Below, one piece after another: positions 57,800-64,000 of a stretch of 64,000 bases of DNA. This DNA comes from Antechinus flavipes (Eukaryota), in contig NC_067403.1 in NCBI RefSeq assembly GCF_016432865.1, forward strand, positions 262,632,001 through 262,696,000. The letters are read 5' to 3'. Below the pieces are notes generated by a model that was not told where the DNA came from, made no database searches, and worked only from the letters and a program-made list of their open reading frames with translations. Both the position numbers and the translations under genes were made by a program. How positions within the stretch are numbered: the first letter of the stretch is position 1; each line of letters opens with the position of its first letter.

Positions 57800-59745
57800 C
57801 ACAGACACCAGTGTAGGCAGCACACAGATTGGGGCAGTGTGGGCTGAAAAGGTAAAATATACATTGAAAGAATTGACCAAACACCTCCTGAAAGAGTCCC
57901 CCAAATTAAAACTCCAAGGAATATTGTGGCTAAATTTCAGAACTGTCAGACTAAGGAAAATTTTTTTAAGCAGCCAGAAAAAACAATTCAAATACAGAGG
58001 AATCACAATAAGGATTACCCAGGACCTAGCAGCTTCCACCTTAAAGGATAGAAGGGCCTGGAATCTGATATTCCTGAAAAGGTAAAGGAACTTGGAGTGC
58101 AGGAGGTATTGGACTACCCCAATAAACTGAGCATTTTCTTTCAGGGACATTCAACTAAACAGGTGAATTCCATTTATTTCTGATGAAAAGACCAAAGCTA
58201 CACAAAAAAATTGACCTCCAAATATAGAACTCAAGAGAAGAATAAAAAGGCAAAGAGAAAAGAACTCTTGAGACCTGTATTTCTCTTATGGACATACAGA
58301 GTGCATATATAATTTGATTTTCCTGTTATAATATAAAAAAGAAACTAGAGGTGGAAAGGGGCTTGTACCAGAAAAAGGGGAAAGTGGAAGTAAAGTGAGG
58401 GAAATCAATCTCACAAAGAGGCAAAGAAAACCTATTATAATTGAAGGAAAGAAGGGAAGCGGATGAACATTGTGCGAATCTTACTCTCATGAGGATTGAC
58501 ACAAAGAGAGGATATTAAACATGTTTGGTTTTACAGAGAAACTTCTCTCACCTTATAGGAAAGTGGGAGGGGAAAAAGGAAAAGGGAAGATATAGACCAA
58601 TAGAAGGGAAAACAAATAGTAGAGGAAAGGTACAAGAAAGGGGGAGGTGCTCAACAGGGGAAGGGCTGCTTCAGGCAAGTGGTTCTCATAAGTAAGGTAC
58701 TGGGGAAAAGGAAAAGAAAAAAAGGAAAGAGAAAAGTATAATTTGGGGTAAATAAAAATTTTGGGGTAAAAAAAATAAAAAAATTGGGAAACACAGGATC
58801 AGTAGTTTTAATGATAAATGTGATTGGGGTGAACTCTCCCATAAAGTAGAAGCAGATGGCAGACTGGATTAAAAGCCAGAATCCTCCAATATGTTGTTTA
58901 CAAGAAACACATTTAAAGCAGAGTGTAAAGGTAAAAGGCTGGAACAGAATCTACTATGCTTCAGGTGAAGTCAAAAAAAGCAGGGGTAGCCATCCTGAAT
59001 TCAGATCAAGCAAAAGCAAAAATTGATCTAATTAAAAGAGATAAGTAAGGAAACTATATCTTGCTAAAGGGTCCCATAGATAATGAAGCAGTTCCAGGAC
59101 TAAATATATATGTACCAAGTGGCATAGCGTGAAAATTCCTAAAGGAGAAGTTGAGAGCTGCAAGAAGAAATAGACAGCAAAACTAAAATAGTGGGAGATC
59201 TCTCTCAATCTTGCTCTCTCAGAACTAGATAAATCAAACCATCAAATAAATAACAAAGAAGTTAAGGAGGTAAATAGAATACAAAAAAAGCTAGGTCTCA
59301 TAGATCTTTGCAGAAAATTGAATGGAGACAGAATGGAGACACACTTTTTTCCTAAACAATTCATGGAACCTACACCAAAACTTGACGATATATTAGGACA
59401 TAAATTTCTCAAAATCAAACACAACAAGGCAGAAATAGTAAATGCTTTTTTTTTCAGATCACATTCAATAAAATGCCAGGGGAAAATAGACCAAAAAGGC
59501 ATTAGAAACTAAATAATCTCATCCTAAAGAATGTAATGGGTGAAACAGCAAATCACAGACACAATAATTTCATACAAGAGAATGACAATAATGAGACAAC
59601 AAACCAGAATTTGTGGGATGAAACCAAAGTAGTAATAAGGGGAACTTTTATATCTTTAGAAGCTTACTTGCATACAACAGAGAAAGAGAAGTTCACTGAA
59701 TTGGGCTTGCAACTAAAAAAGCTAGAAAAAGAGAATCCCAAAGGC
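57800..59745 (+). mobile_element. LINE-1 internal fragment: ORF1 C-terminus, spacer, ORF2 endonuclease region (degenerate)
   Basis: ORF1 motif RITQDLAASTLKDRRAWNLIF. EN motif near 58810-58910 (NV.G.NSPIK...DWIKSQNPPICCLQETHL). Multiple stops and frameshifts. Confidence 0.88.
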
Positions 59746-61129
59746 TAATGATGTAGCAGACTCTCCACCACTAAAGAAAGAATTCCAGCATCTGAATAAT
59801 GACCAAAGCATATGATTGAAACCTCCCTCCCTCCCTCTCTTCCTTTTTATCTTCCTCCTTCCTTCCATCTTTCACTCTCTCCATTCCTTCCTTCTTTCTT
59901 TTTTTCTTTCTTCTAGGCTACTTCCTTTTTTCTTTCCTTTTTTCTCTTTCATCTTCTTTCCTTCTATCTCTTTTTCTTTCTGTCTTTTTGTTTTTGAAGG
60001 ATTTATGCACATAATTATGCATACTCAATCTTGTTTATATATATGTATATATATATATATTTATGCTACACAAACTGTGTTTCTTTTCTGTGAGGTGAGA
60101 GGGAAATAAAGGCAGAATAGGTTTTAGAACTCAAAACTTCAAGGTAGAAATGTCAGGCATGGATTTCCATGTAATTGAGGAAAAACCAATATGATTTTAC
60201 AAATAGCCACAGTGAATATCCTCTCTCTTGCCAGCCACTGGGTTAGGACCAGGGGGCTCCTGGGCCAAAGTGGGTGAGTGCTTGGTTTTCAGGGTCCTGT
60301 CCATTTTTTTCTTTATCAGATGATAAATGTGCTCTATCTTCCAGCAGATTTTTCCTCACATCAAGGTTTGAGTGAGCTTTCCCTGCCTTACCCCAACCTC
60401 CATGAGTGCCATGGACATAATGCTCCTGATTCCACCAGAGGTGCAGCTCCCTGACATCTGACTCCCAATTCCCAATCCATTTTCCCCTCCTGCTGTGGTC
60501 TTTTGCCTGGAATGGGTCAAGCCAGGATCCATCTCCCCAACAGGAAGGCAGCAATGAGCTTCAAGTCTCATGGATGGACTCCCAGGAATCTGCCTCCCCT
60601 GGCCTTGGTCCCCTCAGGATCCTGCTCCCCAGCCCAGCTCCTTCATCTCTACTGGGTCAGGCACTCTTTGCCCAGCTGGCCATTTGGGCTGGGCCTCCTT
60701 CTCTCTCCCTCCCTTCTCTGGGCACCCACTCCCTGATCCCTTCTCACCTGACAAAGCACAGGACCATGGTCCCTGGAGCCCGCCTGTGGTCTTGCTCCCT
60801 TCATCCTTGGGTCATGGCTCCTTTGCCTTGTCTGCAGCAGCTTTCTCAGCCCTGCCTTGGGCCTGACTCCTCCCTCAGCCTGTTGCCTTGGGCAGGGCCA
60901 TGGGGCTCAGGAGCCCACCACCTTCTGCCAGGCACGTGCCTGCTGGCACCTGCTCCCAGATCTCCAGGAAGCTCCTGCTTCTTCCTGGGCTCTCACCATC
61001 TCCTTGTCAACTGGGGCTGATGTCGGGGAGCCTGGAGGCTCCTGCCCTGAGCTCCCAGAGTGTGTGAATGTGTGAGTGAGGTCCCTGTGACTAGCCCATT
61101 TGCCAATCCAGGCACCTGGTGCTTCCAGG

Positions 61130-61312
61130 TGAGTCATGGCCACAAGGCCTGCTCCCAAACAAACCAAAGCCTGATTCTGTGGCAGTCAGGGGCCAGTGTC
61201 CAACAACAGCCCAGGGAGCCAGGGGGCCTGCTCCTGCTTCTGCAGGGTGTCTGCCAGAGGGGCTGTGGGCACGTGCCCAGGCCTGCCCCCGGGGCTGCAC
61301 CACAGTATAAAA
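61130..61312 (+). promoter_or_regulatory. KRTAP5 copy D promoter (AP-1 61130-61136, TATAAAA 61306-61312)
   Basis: Motifs read directly. Confidence 0.75.
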
Positions 61313-61408
61313 GCTGGGAGCTGAGAGGGGCTTCCACAACCCACTGACTCCTCTCTCTTGAGACCTTCCTCCCCTGTGGACACCAATCTCTTCCAATCTC
61401 TCAACATC

Positions 61409-62122
61409 ATGAGCTNNNNNNNNNNNNNNNNNNNNNNNNNNNNNNNNNNNNNNNNNNNNNNNNNNNNNNNNNNNNNNNNNNNNNNNNNNNNNNNNNNNNN
61501 NNNNNNNNNNNNNNNNNNNNNNNNNNNNNNNNNNNNNNNNNNNNNNNNNNNNNGCTGTGGTGGAGGCTGCAAGGGAGGCTGTGGCTCCAGCTGTGGGGGC
61601 TGCAAGGGAGGCTGTGGCTCCAGCTGTGGAGGCTGCAAGGGAGGCTGTGGCTCCAGCTGTGGAGGCTGCAAGGGAGGCTGTGGCTCCAGCTNNNNNNNNN
61701 NNNNNNNNNNNNNNNNNNNNNNNNNNNNNNNNNNNNNNNNNNNNNNNNNNNNNNNNNNNNNNNNNNNNNNNNNNNNNNNNNNNNNNNNNNNNNNNNNNNN
61801 NNNNNNNNNNNNNNNNNNNNNNNNNNNNNNNNNNNNNNNNNNNNNCTGCTGCAAACCTTGCTGCTGCCAATCCAGCTGCTGCAAGCCTGTCTGCTGCTGT
61901 GTGCCTGCTTGCTCCTGCTCCAGCTGTGGTGGAGNNNNNNNNNNNNNNNNNNNNNNNNNNNNNNNNNNNNNNNNNNNNNNNNNNNNNNNNNNNNNNNNNN
62001 NNNNNNNNNNNNNNNNNNNNNNNNNNNNNNNNNNNNNNNNNNNNNNNNNNNNNNNNNNNNNNNNNNNNNNNNNNNNNNNNNNNNNNNNNNNNNNNNNNNN
62101 NNNNNNNNNNNNNNNNNNNNNN
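61409..62122 (+). CDS. KRTAP5: KRTAP5-family protein, copy D (mostly N; end estimated)
   Basis: ATG at 61409. Visible in-frame [11 protein letters not shown] units (61554-61691) and [29 protein letters not shown] (61846-61934). AATAAA at 62632-62637. Intactness cannot be verified. Confidence 0.8.
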
Positions 62123-64000
62123 NNNNNNNNNNNNNNNNNNNNNNNNNNNNNNNNNNNNNNNNNNNNNNNNNNNNNNNNNNNNNNNNNNNNNNNNNCAGCT
62201 CCCACCCACACAGCTCCTGTCTCAGTTTCCTTGATGATAACCTAGGACCCAGGACCATCTGGGAACCCCGAGTCTGGGATTTCCTGATTTCCTTACTTAG
62301 CCTTACAACAGCCCTGTCCAAGGAGCCCTCCCTATTCCCTTCCCCCATCCTCCTCAGGCTGAAAACCTCCCCTGCCAAGTGGACATCACCCTATCAAGAA
62401 CACCCAGCAAAGGCTTGCCCAGCACACCATGTAGACCCCCAGAGGAATCTCTGGGTCATTTCCAAGGATCATCTGCCCTGCTCCCAGATGTGGGGCCATC
62501 GCTTGAGATTGCTGAGCTGCCTCCCAACGGCCTTCATTCCTGGACTCCCCAACTCTCTCCTCCAAAGGGTCTCTTTGCTTATCTTGCCTACTTTGGGCTG
62601 TTCCTGGAAACCCAGACAATCATTTTGTTTCAATAAAAACTATCCTTAACCCTGAAAATGTCTTACTTTTCTTCACAAATCTCTTGGGGGTGATCTGCCG
62701 CTTGAGCTCTGAGCACTTAGTCAGCCTTTTTCACAGGCAGGTACATTCTGGGATCTTGGGCTCTGGGTCTGGCCCATTGGGAGATTGGGGGACACTGGCC
62801 CAGAACTGGTCCCTTTGCCACATTCCTCTTGGTCACTACTGAGTGATTCTCTGTGGGGAAGGGTGGGGCTGATCTCAATTCCAAGAGTTTAAGCTTTTAG
62901 AGATCATTCTTGGCACACAGCACTTGGCTGTCCAGGGAAACTCTCAATGTGTAGGGGTTAAGGGGCTTCCCCGCTGTCTCCTGCCTGCCCTTGTCCAATC
63001 AGCCCAGGCTTCAGAAGGATGCATGTAGAGGAATGGCCTCCCCATTCTCCAGCTGACTCCAAATGCTCTTGCTTTCCCTGAGCAGAGCCAGCCCCTGGCC
63101 AAACACATGGAGCCATGCTCCCTCCACCTTGTAGGAATGCAGTTGAGTATTAGCACCTCAGGAAGTTCTGTGCTTTCTATTGACCTCTGTTGAACTGGGT
63201 CTGCTTACATCCATTCGTGTGTTGGCTCTGCATGTGTTGGGGAATGGTCTGATTGAGACTCTCTTCTAGGACACCAATTGTGCTGCTCTCTTTGATGTCC
63301 TTAGAAAACAGACCTACCTATCATGTTGGGGGTAAATGCACATATTGTCAGTTAGACAAGTAAAGGACATACAGAAACACCCAGATACTGAGAGATAGGG
63401 ACTGCAGAGAATCACAGAGAAAGAGATTTTATTTGGGGCTTGCATTTCACCAAATTATTTCATTGAGAAAATAATTCTTATGGTAGTGATAATAAAACTT
63501 GGGAGGGATAAGGCAGGTAAAGAAAAATATTGAAAACGTCTAGGAAGGAACCATCACAAATGAAGAAAAATGGAATGAAAGCCAAAAAAAAAAAAAAAAA
63601 AGCAGCTATTCTGCCATAAATATGCATTGACTCCTGTTTACAGGATGCAAAAACAGTTCCCTGAACATTTTGTCCATGATGTAGAATGATAGAAAATCTC
63701 TTTCATCAACTACCAGTTGGAAAGAGAAGCTACACTGAGAATATATGGTCATATAGAGGAAAATAGCCTTAGCTAAGAGGTCCCACTTGTTTTTAAAGTT
63801 TGGTAGAGCCCCCAAAAGGGGAGGAAGAAAAGCTCTTTTCCTGAATGTTTTCAACAGACCCCACCTCAGACCAAGTGCCAGCAACATTGGGAATGGGGAA
63901 AGCCTGGAAGATTTCCCCATCAGCTGTGGGCCTGTGTCTCTGCTCTCCTAGGGCTAGAATGGCTAGGTAGCCATAGCAACCAGAAAAGGGAAGGCAAGGG

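Larger units (their letters stand above)
59950..64000 (+). repeat. KRTAP5 duplication unit D (runs off the window end)
   Basis: Colinear with unit C. Its 3' flank also matches the reverse complement of 30.9-32.3 kb. Confidence 0.9.

Overview
Mammalian genomic DNA, most likely from a dasyurid marsupial (marsupial-type L1, MAR1 and WSINE1 SINEs; the species is an inference). Gene order matches human 11p15.5. On the + strand: a complete 9-exon cathepsin D gene (CTSD, CDS 534-5641, 409 aa), then IFITM10 (coding exons 21934-22386 and 27225-27374; first exon unresolved, probably in the CpG island near 20.5-21.2 kb). After that comes a KRTAP5 ultra-high-sulfur keratin-associated protein cluster: four near-full copies (one on -, three on +) and one inverted truncated fragment, set in segmental duplications and L1/LTR/SINE debris. 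The first ~29.5 kb are very GC/CpG rich and the rest is AT rich. Many KRTAP bases are N, but the N runs preserve length and frame. Best leads: (1) a CTSD-IFITM10 read-through system, with no canonical CTSD poly(A) signal, a strong 5' splice site regenerated at the start of CTSD exon 9 (AAG|GTGAGC) and a phase-compatible IFITM10 exon 2; (2) a candidate ACG start in IFITM10; (3) two strong co-oriented CTCF motifs pointing towards the expected H19/IGF2 side; (4) a perfect 171-bp inverted duplication of a KRTAP5 3' end; (5) old L1 copies rewritten towards GC; (6) a non-eutherian form of the CTSD processing loop. All coordinates were read by hand, and no database searches were run.
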